Shown here: positions 8,432-16,962 of the stretch, in pieces
How the letters are laid out: each line of letters starts with the position of its first letter
Position numbering within the stretch: the first letter of the stretch is position 1
Origin: Hyphomicrobiaceae bacterium
GTDB taxonomy: Bacteria; Pseudomonadota; Alphaproteobacteria; Rhizobiales; Hyphomicrobiaceae
Length of the DNA stretch: 64,000 bases
Direction of reading: 5' to 3'
NCBI GenBank assembly: GCA_023384095.1
Contig: JAHDXT010000007.1
Span: 26,676 to 90,675, forward strand
Made by a program: the position numbers and the translations under genes
Notes under the pieces: model-generated
What the model was told of the DNA's origin: nothing
The model's input: only the letters and a program-made list of their open reading frames with translations
Database searches by the model: none

Positions 8432-9307
8432 TCAATCGACGTATTGCTGTTTGGCGAACAGCCGGCGTTGCAGGCCCCAGCCGACCAGCGCGCCAAGGCA
8501 GGGGGCCAGGATGTAGACGGTGAACCAGCCGCCGCGCGGGCCGGGGATCGCGATGTCGCCCCAGCCCAAAAACCAACTGACGAGGCGCGGCCCGAAATCG
8601 CGTGCGGGATTGAGGCCTGCCTGGGTGAGCGGCGCGATGACCGAGATGATCGCCGCCACCGTCAGGCCGATCATGACCGCTACGAAAGCCGGGGCCGGCC
8701 GCGCGCCGTTGCGCACGCTGGTGAGAGCACCGACTGCGAAGGCCAGCAAGGCGGTGCCGACGCATTCGGCGACGAAAGCCGTCTGCAGGCTCACCACGCG
8801 CCAAGCCTCGGCGCTCGTCCCATACACGGCCGGGTTCGGGAAATACTCGCCGAACACCATGGCCGAGAGCTCGCTGCCGGGGCCGCCGCGCAGCAGGCCC
8901 TTCTGGCGCTCGAACTCCAGGATGGCGTCGGAGAACAGCAGATAGAGAACGGTCGAGGCCAGCACCGCTCCGGCAATCTGCGCGATCCAGTAGGGCACAA
9001 CGTTGCGCCAGGGAAAGCGGTCATAAACCGCGCAGGCCAGCGTGATGGCCGGGTTGATGTGCGCGCCGGAAATCGCTGCCGAGCAGTAGATGGCGAGGCT
9101 GACGCCGATCGCCCACACGACCGCCACCTGCCACAGGCCCATCTGCGCCCCGGTCAGCACCGCTGAATTGACCGCGCCGACCCCGAAGAACACCAGAATG
9201 AACGTGCCGCTGGCCTCGCCCGCGCAGGCCGGCAGCACTTTCGCCAACTCGGGCAACCAGCGCGCCGCGGCGATCCAATTCAACTTCGACTCGAGCGTCG
9301 CCCTCAT
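8432..9307 (-). CDS. MIP-family aquaglyceroporin (GlpF/AqpS-like)
   Basis: Both NPA boxes are present (HINPAITLA and GLNPARDFGPRLVSWFLGWG). The second box is of the GlpF type. The start overlaps the upstream gene stop (ATGA at 9304-9307). Confidence 0.9.
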   Translation of the reverse strand: MRATLESKLNWIAAARWLPELAKVLPACAGEASGTFILVFFGVGAVNSAVLTGAQMGLWQVAVVWAIGVSLAIYCSAAISGAHINPAITLACAVYDRFPWRNVVPYWIAQIAGAVLASTVLYLLFSDAILEFERQKGLLRGGPGSELSAMVFGEYFPNPAVYGTSAEAWRVVSLQTAFVAECVGTALLAFAVGALTSVRNGARPAPAFVAVMIGLTVAAIISVIAPLTQAGLNPARDFGPRLVSWFLGWGDIAIPGPRGGWFTVYILAPCLGALVGWGLQRRLFAKQQYVD

Positions 9308-10281
9308 GGTAGGTGCCCCATCCTGGCCGGCACATTGCGCGCCGCATTGAGGTTCGTCTCGTCAAGCCGCACGCCGTCTACCTTGGCGCGATCGAGCTCG
9401 GCTTGCGTCAGATCGGTCTGCACCAGGCGCGCTTCCGTCAGATCGCTTTCGCTGAGGTCGGCGCCCGCCGCCCGCGCCAGCGACAGATCGGCTCGGCGCA
9501 GCACGGCCTTGCCGAACAGCGCCGCATCGAGACGCGCCGACAGCAGGGCAGCGTCCGAGAAATCCGCTTCGCTGGCGTTCGCCCAGGTCAGATCGGCGTG
9601 CAGCAGCCGCGCCCGCACCAGCCTCGCACGCCGCAAATCGGCTTGCCGCAAGTCGACACTGGTCAGGTTGGCGCCGCTGAGATCCGCATCCGCAAGATCG
9701 GCGCCGCGCAGACAAGCCGGCGCGGGCCGCCGATCGCCGGGCTTGGTTGCGCCGAGCTCGGCCCCGACGAGATTGGCCCGCCTCAAAATCGCCTGCGTCA
9801 GGTCGGCGCCCTGCAGATTGGCACCCGCCAGATTCGCACGCTCGAGGTTGGCTTTGCCGAGCCGGGCTCCCGACAGCCATGCGCCGGCAGCTCTGACGCC
9901 TGCAAGACGCGCCGCGGTGAAATCGGCCAGCAATGCCATGGATTGCTCGAGATTGGCGGAGGACAGATCCGAGCGGGTCAGGTCGGCATTGCCGATGTTG
10001 GCGCCGCGCAAGTCGGCGGCGGAGAGGTTGCTGTCCCGCAAGTAGGCTTCGCGCAGGTCGGCACCCTTCAAGCTGGCGCCTCTGAGGTCGGCGCCGGAGA
10101 GGTTGGCGCCTGTCAGGACGATGCCATCCAGCCGCTTGCCGGCAAGGCTCGCGCCGCGCAGATCAGCGCCCGGCAACCTCGCCCCGGCCACCACCTGCGC
10201 AACATCCCCGCTGCGTGCAACCGTGGATCCCGCCAGCAACAGAGCCAACACCATGATTGGAACGGCAAGGCGTAGGTTCAT
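9304..10281 (-). CDS. Secreted pentapeptide-repeat protein
   Basis: Signal-peptide-like MNLRLAVPIMVLALLLAGSTVARS. The rest is almost uninterrupted A(D/N)LxG/A pentapeptide repeats (ADLRGASLAGKRLDGIVLTGANLSGADLRGASLKGADL...). ATGA overlap with the aioA stop at 10278-10281. Confidence 0.9.
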   Translation of the reverse strand: MNLRLAVPIMVLALLLAGSTVARSGDVAQVVAGARLPGADLRGASLAGKRLDGIVLTGANLSGADLRGASLKGADLREAYLRDSNLSAADLRGANIGNADLTRSDLSSANLEQSMALLADFTAARLAGVRAAGAWLSGARLGKANLERANLAGANLQGADLTQAILRRANLVGAELGATKPGDRRPAPACLRGADLADADLSGANLTSVDLRQADLRRARLVRARLLHADLTWANASEADFSDAALLSARLDAALFGKAVLRRADLSLARAAGADLSESDLTEARLVQTDLTQAELDRAKVDGVRLDETNLNAARNVPARMGHLP

Positions 10282-12776
10282 TCGGCGACATTCTGCGGCA
10301 GGAACGAAACCGTCTTCGAAAGCTCAGGTCGCGGGCCGATGCGGCGCACGTCCGCCCACGCGCCCTTGTAGTAAGGGATGGTGGTCGCCGGATCGACATG
10401 ATCGGAGACGAGCTCGCCTGCCGCGCCGCGCGGCTGGCCGAAGATCAGGAAGGTATGCCCCCGCTTCACGGCATCGGTCGGATAGGCCATGGCCTCGACG
10501 CGGCCGACATCGTTCACGATCTCGACCACATCGCCCGCCGCGATGAGCAGCTCCGCGGCATCCTCCGGATGCATCTCGAGGTGCGGAATCGGCATGCGCT
10601 CGTTGAAGAAATCGAGGAAGCGATGGTGGTAGGTCGTCTGCCAGATGTGGTTCGACCGTCCGTTGTTGATCCAGAAGCGATAGCGCTTGCGCTGTGCCTC
10701 CACCTTGGCGGCATAGCCTGGATAAGGCGGGCTCGCTGTGATGAAGCGGGCCTTGCCCGAAGGTGTCCCGAACCTGCCGTCCTCGTAATGGCGCGCCGTG
10801 CCTACGACTACGTTATTGACGATGCGTGTCGGCGTTTGGATCCCGTTCGAGCCGAGCCGGCGCAACAGGTCGTAGGTCACACCGGCATAGCCCTCGACGG
10901 GATCGGCCGCCGTGCCTTTGAAAGCGTAGCGCGCCTGCATGAAGACGTCCTCGTCCGAGGCCCAGTCGAAGTCCAGGAAGCGGCTCGCGAGCAGGGAGTT
11001 GCCTTCGGCCGCGTAGAGCTCGCGCAGCTTGGTGGCAAACAGGGCCATGATCGCCCAGTCGGGTTTGGCATCCCCGGGCGGGTCCATGAAGCGCTGGTAG
11101 AGGCGGAGCCGCCGCTCGCCGTTGATCGACGTCAGGTTCATCTCACCCCAGCCGGCTGCGGGGAGAACGAGGTGGGCATATCGGCTGGATGCCGTCGGGT
11201 AGATGTCCTGCACCAGCAAGAACATCCCGCCCTGCTTCATGGCTTCGACGACGCCGGCCACGCGCTCGCCGATCGGCCTGCCCTTGCTCGCCCGCAAGCT
11301 CGCCGTCACCAGCGCGCCACGGTCCTTGAAGGCCGTCTCCATCGTCCCGGCGCGCAGGGTGGTGAGCAGGGGATTGCATCCGCCGACCCAGTACACTTTG
11401 ACCGCGCCGCGCCGCACCGCCTCGTCCACATTGAGTGCCGGCCGCCCGCCAGGATAGGGCGGACGCACATAGCCTTCCTGATGGCCGCCCAGCCGGCTCA
11501 CCCCGGTGCCGGGCTTGCCGAGACTGCCGGTCAGCAGCGCCAGGTCGACGATGGCTGCAATGTTCTCGTAGTTCTTCAGCCCCCAGATGAGGCCCTTCTC
11601 GTAGTGCATGAGGCAGCGGCGGGAGCTGCCATCGGCCTTCGGGGCAGCGATCCATTGTGCGGCCTTCTCCATCTCGCCGATGCTGACGCCGGTGCGCTCG
11701 GCCGCCTCGGCCAGCATGTCGGCCCGCGGCCGGTCCATCATCAGCGACGAACGCTGATAGGCCTCGAAGGTCTGCGTCTCCGTGTGCCGGCCGATGAAAG
11801 CCCCGTCATGCCAGTTGCGCTGCAGAATGATGCGGGCGATCGCGTTCAACAGCCAGATGTCGGAGCCCGGCTCGATCTGCAGATGCAGGACGCGGTCCTT
11901 GCCGGCGGCCGCCTCTGCCGCGGCGACCGTCATGGTGCGGCGCGGATCGACGACGATCATGCGGCCTTTCTCGACCGCCTCGCCGCCGAATGCCCCGCGC
12001 TTCAGCGACAGGGAATCGCCGGACAGGTTCTTGACCATATGGTTCAAGAAATAATTGGTCTGCGTCTCGTATGGGTTGGCGCCGACGATCAGCACAGTGT
12101 CGGCAAGCTGCGCATCGACATAAGCGTTGGTGAGTGCCGCTATGCCCGCGTCTCCGGCCGCATGCACCTCGCTGTTGTAGGCCGGGCGGTTATGAATCGA
12201 AGCCGTGCGCGTGCCGATGCCGGAAAAGAAGAGGCGCCCCACCGCCCAGTTGTTCTCGAACCCCCCGCCGCCGCCGCCGTGGTCGAAGAATTTCATGCCG
12301 ACCGCGTCCGCGCCCCAGCGATCGGCCACCGCTTTGATCACGGCGGCGCCGAGTGCGGCGGCTTCCTCCCAGCTTGTCGGCCGCTGGCCGTCGCCTTCGT
12401 CGAGCAAGGGCGTCGTCAGCCGGGCTTTCGTCGGCCCGTCGGGAGCATAGAGCGTCGCCGCCGAGCCGGCCCCTCGCACCGACGCCAGGCCGCCGTTCAC
12501 CGAGCAGTCGTCATCCGGCACGATGGCGATATTGAAACGGGTCCCGTCGCGCTCGGTGATCACCGAATGCATGGACGGTGCGATCCATTTGCCGAAAGCC
12601 GGCTGCTGCTGGCGGAAGTCGACGCCCAGAGCATTGGCGCTCGCCGCGCCGCCGCCGTCGCGACCCAGCGGCCACTTGTAGACTTTGTACCCGCAGCCGA
12701 CGATGCAGAACTGGCAAACCGTCGTGAAGGTTTGCGCACTTCTCGGCGGCAAAGGGACTCTGGCAGGCGGACCCAT
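10278..12776 (-). CDS. aioA: Arsenite oxidase large (molybdopterin) subunit
   Basis: 3Fe-4S motif CQFCIVGCGYKVYKW. FDHGGGGGGFEN, IHNRPAYNSEVHA, RLGGHQEGYVRPPYPG and C-terminal YYKGAWADVRRIG...TVSF closely parallel characterised AioA as I recall it. Start chosen at ATG 12776, 10 nt after the aioB stop. Confidence 0.9.
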   Translation of the reverse strand: MGPPARVPLPPRSAQTFTTVCQFCIVGCGYKVYKWPLGRDGGGAASANALGVDFRQQQPAFGKWIAPSMHSVITERDGTRFNIAIVPDDDCSVNGGLASVRGAGSAATLYAPDGPTKARLTTPLLDEGDGQRPTSWEEAAALGAAVIKAVADRWGADAVGMKFFDHGGGGGGFENNWAVGRLFFSGIGTRTASIHNRPAYNSEVHAAGDAGIAALTNAYVDAQLADTVLIVGANPYETQTNYFLNHMVKNLSGDSLSLKRGAFGGEAVEKGRMIVVDPRRTMTVAAAEAAAGKDRVLHLQIEPGSDIWLLNAIARIILQRNWHDGAFIGRHTETQTFEAYQRSSLMMDRPRADMLAEAAERTGVSIGEMEKAAQWIAAPKADGSSRRCLMHYEKGLIWGLKNYENIAAIVDLALLTGSLGKPGTGVSRLGGHQEGYVRPPYPGGRPALNVDEAVRRGAVKVYWVGGCNPLLTTLRAGTMETAFKDRGALVTASLRASKGRPIGERVAGVVEAMKQGGMFLLVQDIYPTASSRYAHLVLPAAGWGEMNLTSINGERRLRLYQRFMDPPGDAKPDWAIMALFATKLRELYAAEGNSLLASRFLDFDWASDEDVFMQARYAFKGTAADPVEGYAGVTYDLLRRLGSNGIQTPTRIVNNVVVGTARHYEDGRFGTPSGKARFITASPPYPGYAAKVEAQRKRYRFWINNGRSNHIWQTTYHHRFLDFFNERMPIPHLEMHPEDAAELLIAAGDVVEIVNDVGRVEAMAYPTDAVKRGHTFLIFGQPRGAAGELVSDHVDPATTIPYYKGAWADVRRIGPRPELSKTVSFLPQNVAE

Positions 12777-12786
12777 GGCGCTCGTT

Positions 12787-13335
12787 TCAGCGAATGTTGG
12801 TGTGCCGGCCGTAGATGAGGCCCGCGACGCCGACCGCACGCACCACGCCGCCGCTCACGTCCAAGGCAATCTGCGGCAGGGGCTCGCTTGCCTGGCCGAT
12901 CACCATGCGGCCGGCCTTGGCCGGATCGAAGCTCGACCAATGACAGCCGCACAGCAGCATGTTGTGGCTCTTCTTGAACGTCACCGGACAACCCTTATGG
13001 GTGCACAGCACGGAGTAGGCGACGATGCTCTCGCCGGGACCGATGCCACCCTCCGCCGGCCGATCCAGACGCAACAGCAGGGCCGGCGAGTCGTCATCCG
13101 GGTAGTGAAACGCGATCTCGCTGCCGACTGCGATCTCTGCGAGCGGCGCTACCTCGATCACCGGATAGCCTTTGCCGGCCATCTCCGGCATCGGCCTCTG
13201 CGCGAAGCTGGTCGCCGGCAGGGCGGCCGTCGACGCCAGCCCCGCAATGCCTCCCCACTGCAATACGGTACGACGGTCTACTCCGGAAGGGCGACGTTGC
13301 TGCCCATGCCCCTCGTCATCGTCACGTCCCGTCAC
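12787..13335 (-). CDS. aioB: Arsenite oxidase small (Rieske) subunit with Tat signal
   Basis: Twin-arginine DRRTVLQWGG. Rieske CTHKGC...CGCHWSSFDP. C-terminal GLIYGRHTNI resembles the AioB ending. GTG start preceded by GGAGGAA. Confidence 0.85.
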   Translation of the reverse strand: MTGRDDDEGHGQQRRPSGVDRRTVLQWGGIAGLASTAALPATSFAQRPMPEMAGKGYPVIEVAPLAEIAVGSEIAFHYPDDDSPALLLRLDRPAEGGIGPGESIVAYSVLCTHKGCPVTFKKSHNMLLCGCHWSSFDPAKAGRMVIGQASEPLPQIALDVSGGVVRAVGVAGLIYGRHTNIR

Positions 13336-13352
13336 GCATTCCTCCGCGGCTC

Positions 13353-14306
13353 TCAGTCTTCGACTTTCAGACCAACCCGGTCGCTGCTCGGCTCGAAGCG
13401 CCCCTCGTTGATCGCATTGACCCAGCGGGCGGATTTCGCGAGGCCGCCCAGGGTGAAGAAGTGCAGCTTCGCTATCCGGGTTTGCGGCTCGCTCATCACA
13501 TGCCGGGCGAGGTCCACCAACAGTTTATCGGGCGCCGACGGCAGCAGCAACTTGGTGACGTTCGCTGCCTGCCGTTTCAGGAAATTGATCGAGTTTCCGA
13601 CGCCGCAGCTCATCGCGTAGCCGATCAGGGTCTTCAAGGAGGCGACGCCCGGCAAGCCGACATGCAAGGGAAGCCCGATCCCGGCGCGCCGCAGAGCACG
13701 GTCGTAGGCGATGAAGGGCGCGGCCTCGAAGGCGAACTGGGTCACGATGTTCACCTCCACGCCGGTGCGTGCCGCATAGGCAGCCTTCCAATGCAGCGCA
13801 TCCCACAAGGCGGCTTCAGTGCAGCAGTTGCAATTCTCCGGGTGGCCTGCAACGCCGATGCGTCGAATGCCGTGCTTCTCGAAGAGGCCCGTATCCAGAA
13901 GCTGCATGGAATCGGCGAATTCACCTGCGGACGTGCTGGGGGCGCCGGCAATCGCCAGCACTTGCGAGACATTTGCGTCCCCGACAGCGCGCGCCAGATA
14001 GTCATCGAGCATCGCCCCATCGGAGATGCTGCGCGCCGCCACATGCGGCACCGGGTTGAAACCTTCCTTTCGCAGCCGTGCCGCCAGCGCCACGGTTTCT
14101 CGATAGTCGCCCCCAGGCAGGAACGTGATGTAGACGTCGGTGCCCGCCGGCAGCAGATCCCGGAAGCTCGCGATCTTCGCCGCGGAGGCCGGCGTCACCT
14201 CGGTGCTGTAGTCGTGACACAGCGCGCGCACGGCGGCTTTCAGATCGGTTGGCGCGATCGCGTGGCTGTGCGTCGTGAGGTCGGTAGCGGAGTCCAGAGG
14301 AGGCAT
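13353..14306 (-). CDS. Methylenetetrahydrofolate reductase family protein (MetF-like)
   Basis: TEVTPASAAKI...VYITFLPGGDY...NPVPHVAARS...IAGAPS...GVAGHPE pattern of the MTHFR fold. Start uncertain (14306, 14336 or 14405). Stop lies 17 nt before the aioB start. Confidence 0.75.
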   Translation of the reverse strand: MPPLDSATDLTTHSHAIAPTDLKAAVRALCHDYSTEVTPASAAKIASFRDLLPAGTDVYITFLPGGDYRETVALAARLRKEGFNPVPHVAARSISDGAMLDDYLARAVGDANVSQVLAIAGAPSTSAGEFADSMQLLDTGLFEKHGIRRIGVAGHPENCNCCTEAALWDALHWKAAYAARTGVEVNIVTQFAFEAAPFIAYDRALRRAGIGLPLHVGLPGVASLKTLIGYAMSCGVGNSINFLKRQAANVTKLLLPSAPDKLLVDLARHVMSEPQTRIAKLHFFTLGGLAKSARWVNAINEGRFEPSSDRVGLKVED

Positions 14307-14527
14307 GGTGCGACGGCCTGTGATGGCTTCAATCATCGAAGGGCTAACACGCCGTCGCGCGTCTGAGCCGACGATCCGCATGATCCTCGCGCATGCCCCC
14401 GGCAAACGCCGCGAATGTTCGCTGCATCGGACGTGCGCGAAACCACGACCCGACGATGATCAGCCGAAGCGCGCGCTCGGGTTGATTCGAATCCTGTCGC
14501 TGCCATCGCGCACAATAGAGGCGCAAC

Positions 14528-15112
14528 TCACGCCGGCCAGTCGAAGGCCAGATACGTGTGATGGAAGTCGGACGCATCCGGATCGCTGCTGCCGAGCACT
14601 CGGAAGCCCGCGCGCCCTTCCGCTGCCGCCCAATTGGCTTGGATGATCGACCGGTTACCCAGCCAATGATCGGCGTACTTGCTGGCCGTGATGACATAGC
14701 AAATGCCGCCCGGCAGCGTGACGCCGTCGTCCGGCCCGAGCCGCGTGTTCATCGGACGCGGTGTTTTCCAGTCGTGCATCACCCTCGCCGAAGCCGCATC
14801 CAGCGAATCCAGCACCAGGGCGCGCTGGATTTTCCACGCCCAGCTGCGCCCCAGCAGATGCGTCGGCTGCTGCGGCAGCACGCACATCACCGCATGGGCG
14901 AGCTCACCGCGAATCTGGAAGCGCTCGAGCAATTCCTTGCCGGGCGAGGCGACGTAGCCGCCATACAGGCTGGCGTCGCCGGCCTTGTGGCGATTGCGTA
15001 ACGATTCGCCGTCATCGGGTGAGATCGCCGCCGGCGCCGTATAGGCCATGTCCTTGAATTCCTCGTGCTTGAACTCAGGGACCGGAAACCGCTTCCAGGC
15101 GACCATGGTCAT
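14528..15112 (-). CDS. Hypothetical protein (194 aa)
   Basis: Non-repetitive, balanced amino-acid composition. No family recognised from sequence. Confidence 0.55.
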   Translation of the reverse strand: MTMVAWKRFPVPEFKHEEFKDMAYTAPAAISPDDGESLRNRHKAGDASLYGGYVASPGKELLERFQIRGELAHAVMCVLPQQPTHLLGRSWAWKIQRALVLDSLDAASARVMHDWKTPRPMNTRLGPDDGVTLPGGICYVITASKYADHWLGNRSIIQANWAAAEGRAGFRVLGSSDPDASDFHHTYLAFDWPA

Positions 15113-15379
15113 GTCTCGTCCTTTTGCTGGTGCCGCAAATTCAACAAACCCGGCTTACCCCGCCGCGTGCGGCGGCGGAGTCCCAGCTGCCGATCACAAC
15201 CCAAATCGACTGTCGCCGGAAAGCAAATACCCCATGGCGGGAGCGCGCACCCCCCATGCCTCGAGCGCATGATCCCAAAGCCGCCAGGTGGGGCTAAAGG
15301 CCGGGTACAGCCCGTTGGCCACGAGGGAGCCGATTGCACGAGAAAGGGGAACGCGCGAGGTCGGATCCGGCGGAGGCGA

Positions 15380-16153
15380 TCAGCGTTCGACGAAGGCCCT
15401 CTCGAGCACGAACTGGCCCGGCTCGCTGGCGCAACCCTCGACGAAGCCGCGTTCCTCGAGCACGCTGCGCATGTCTTTCAGCATCTGCGGGCTGCCGCAC
15501 AGCATGACGCGGTCCAGCGCGTTATCGAGAGGGGGCAGGGCGACATCGCGGCAGAGCTGCCCGGTGGTGACGAGATCGGTGATGCGGCCGCGGTTGTGGA
15601 AGGGCTCGCGCGTCACGGTCGGGTAATAGATGAGCTGGTCGCGCACGTATTCGCCGATCAGCTCGTCCTGCGGCAGATCCTCGACGATGCGCTCGCCGTA
15701 GGCCAGCTCGGCGATCTGGCGGCAGCCGTGCACGAGCACGACCTTCTCGTACCGCTCATAGATTTCGGGGTCGCGGATGACGCTCATGAACGGCGCCAGG
15801 CCGGTGCCGGTGCTGAGCAGATACAGGAAGCGACCAGGCAGGAGGTTGTGGATGACGAGGGTGCCCGTCGGCTTGCGGCTGACCAGTATCCGGTCGGACT
15901 CCTTGATGAGCTGAAGACGCGAGGTCAGCGGGCCGTCCGGCACCTTGATGGAGAAGAACTCGAGCGTGTCCTCGTAGTTGGCGCTCGCCATGCTGTAGGC
16001 GCGCACCAGCGGGCGGCCGTCCGTCTCCAATCCAATCATGGTGAACTGGCCGTTGCTGAACTGGAACGAGGGACTGCGCGTGGTCGTGAAGCTGAAGAGG
16101 GTGGCGGTCCAATGGCGGACGGACAGCACCGTCTCATGCGTGTAGGCGCTCAT
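15380..16153 (-). CDS. fpr: Ferredoxin--NADP+ reductase (bacterial subclass I Fpr)
   Basis: Near-colinear with Azotobacter/Pseudomonas-type Fpr as I recall it: VLSVRHWTATLFSF, RAYSMAS, LEFFSIKVPDGPLTSRL, LSTGTGLAPF, ERAFVER C-terminus. Confidence 0.9.
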   Translation of the reverse strand: MSAYTHETVLSVRHWTATLFSFTTTRSPSFQFSNGQFTMIGLETDGRPLVRAYSMASANYEDTLEFFSIKVPDGPLTSRLQLIKESDRILVSRKPTGTLVIHNLLPGRFLYLLSTGTGLAPFMSVIRDPEIYERYEKVVLVHGCRQIAELAYGERIVEDLPQDELIGEYVRDQLIYYPTVTREPFHNRGRITDLVTTGQLCRDVALPPLDNALDRVMLCGSPQMLKDMRSVLEERGFVEGCASEPGQFVLERAFVER

Positions 16154-16174
16154 GATCTACATCTTGTCGGCTAG

Positions 16175-16247
16175 AAAAAAAGCGGGGCCGCCGCGAACCG
16201 AGCGGCCCCGATCGGCTTAGGGAGGAAGCAAGTCGAAAGCTCGATGG
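16175..16247 (-). ncRNA. Candidate small RNA or 5' attenuator ending in an intrinsic terminator 21 nt upstream of fpr
   Basis: Minus strand reads TTGACG (16282-16277), 17 nt, TAGGGT (16259-16254). This is followed by CUUCCUCCCUAA (complement of 16217-16228), a 9-bp GC stem (16202-16210 pairing with 16183-16191) and 7 U (16175-16181). The 5' end is inferred, not observed. Confidence 0.3.
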
Positions 16248-16532
16248 GGGCGGACCCTAGAAAGGGTGACCAAGGCCGTCAATGCGACGCGCTCGCAATG
16301 GCGGTCACCACGGCGCCGTCGTCGATGACCGACCAATCGCATTCTGTCAGATGTTGCAGAGGGTTACGCCTGCGGCTGTTGCCGGGCATGCGCGTGGTCG
16401 ATGGCCTCCCCGCGCTCGAGTCATGCGCGAGAGCTCAAGGCGGAAGCGCACCCCCGTCCAACAAGGCGCGTGGGAAGTCACGCGATCGGCCTGGCCCGCG
16501 CCCATCGACACTTCAAGCTTTCTGACGCCATG

Positions 16533-16961
16533 TCAGGGATCGACGGGTCGATAGAGCGCCGCCTGGACGGGATGCGAACGCGCCTGCGGATCGACCGTGA
16601 GGCGCACCTTGATTCCGGCGACCGATTTCGCTCCCTCCACCAAGCGTCCGAGGACGGCGTTATCCGCGCCATCCATGGCAATGAGCGCGACAGCGCCGTG
16701 CACCTTGCGATCGGTCAGCGGCAGGGCAGAGACGCCCTCGGTGGCGGCCACCACCACCCCGGTTCCCGGAAGCCGCACCCAGGTGCACGCGCCGCTGCCG
16801 CAGGCGCAGACGAGCCGCGGGGCGAACCACGTCCGACGGCAATCGCTGCAGATCGTGGCCATCGCTTCGCCGCGCTCCAGCCCGTCGAAATACGGCGTCA
16901 GATCCCCGAGCCCGTGGCGATAGCGAAACGTCGTCGTGAGGTCGACCGTGCGCGCTGTCAT
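16533..16961 (-). CDS. DUF35-type OB-fold/zinc-ribbon protein (thiolase partner, BbsA-like)
   Basis: Zinc-ribbon CSDCRRTWFAPRLVCACGS followed by an OB-fold-like region. Located 1 nt downstream of a thiolase gene. Confidence 0.8.
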   Translation of the reverse strand: MTARTVDLTTTFRYRHGLGDLTPYFDGLERGEAMATICSDCRRTWFAPRLVCACGSGACTWVRLPGTGVVVAATEGVSALPLTDRKVHGAVALIAMDGADNAVLGRLVEGAKSVAGIKVRLTVDPQARSHPVQAALYRPVDP

Positions 16962-16962
16962 C

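Noticed and set aside
9313-10275. Plus-strand ORFs (320 aa and 236 aa) and a further minus-strand frame inside the pentapeptide-repeat gene.
   Set aside because: These are artefacts of the 15-bp periodic repeat DNA, which stays open in several frames. Only the minus-strand frame has a signal peptide, regular A(D/N)LxG repeats and ATGA coupling to both neighbours.
13336-13500. Expected sigma-54 (TGGCAC-N5-TTGC) promoter upstream of aioB.
   Set aside because: No such element was found by eye on the minus strand in the 17-nt gap or in the last 150 nt of the metF-like gene. I report it as an absence, not a feature.
16244-16525. A 93-aa plus-strand ORF downstream of a strong SD-like GGGAGGAAG in the fpr/DUF35 gap.
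   Set aside because: The SD-to-ATG spacing is about 15 nt. By hand count, third-position GC is only about two-thirds, well below that of real genes here. The product is Arg/Ser/Pro-rich. The GGGAGGAAG is better explained as the complement of an anti-SD motif on the minus strand.
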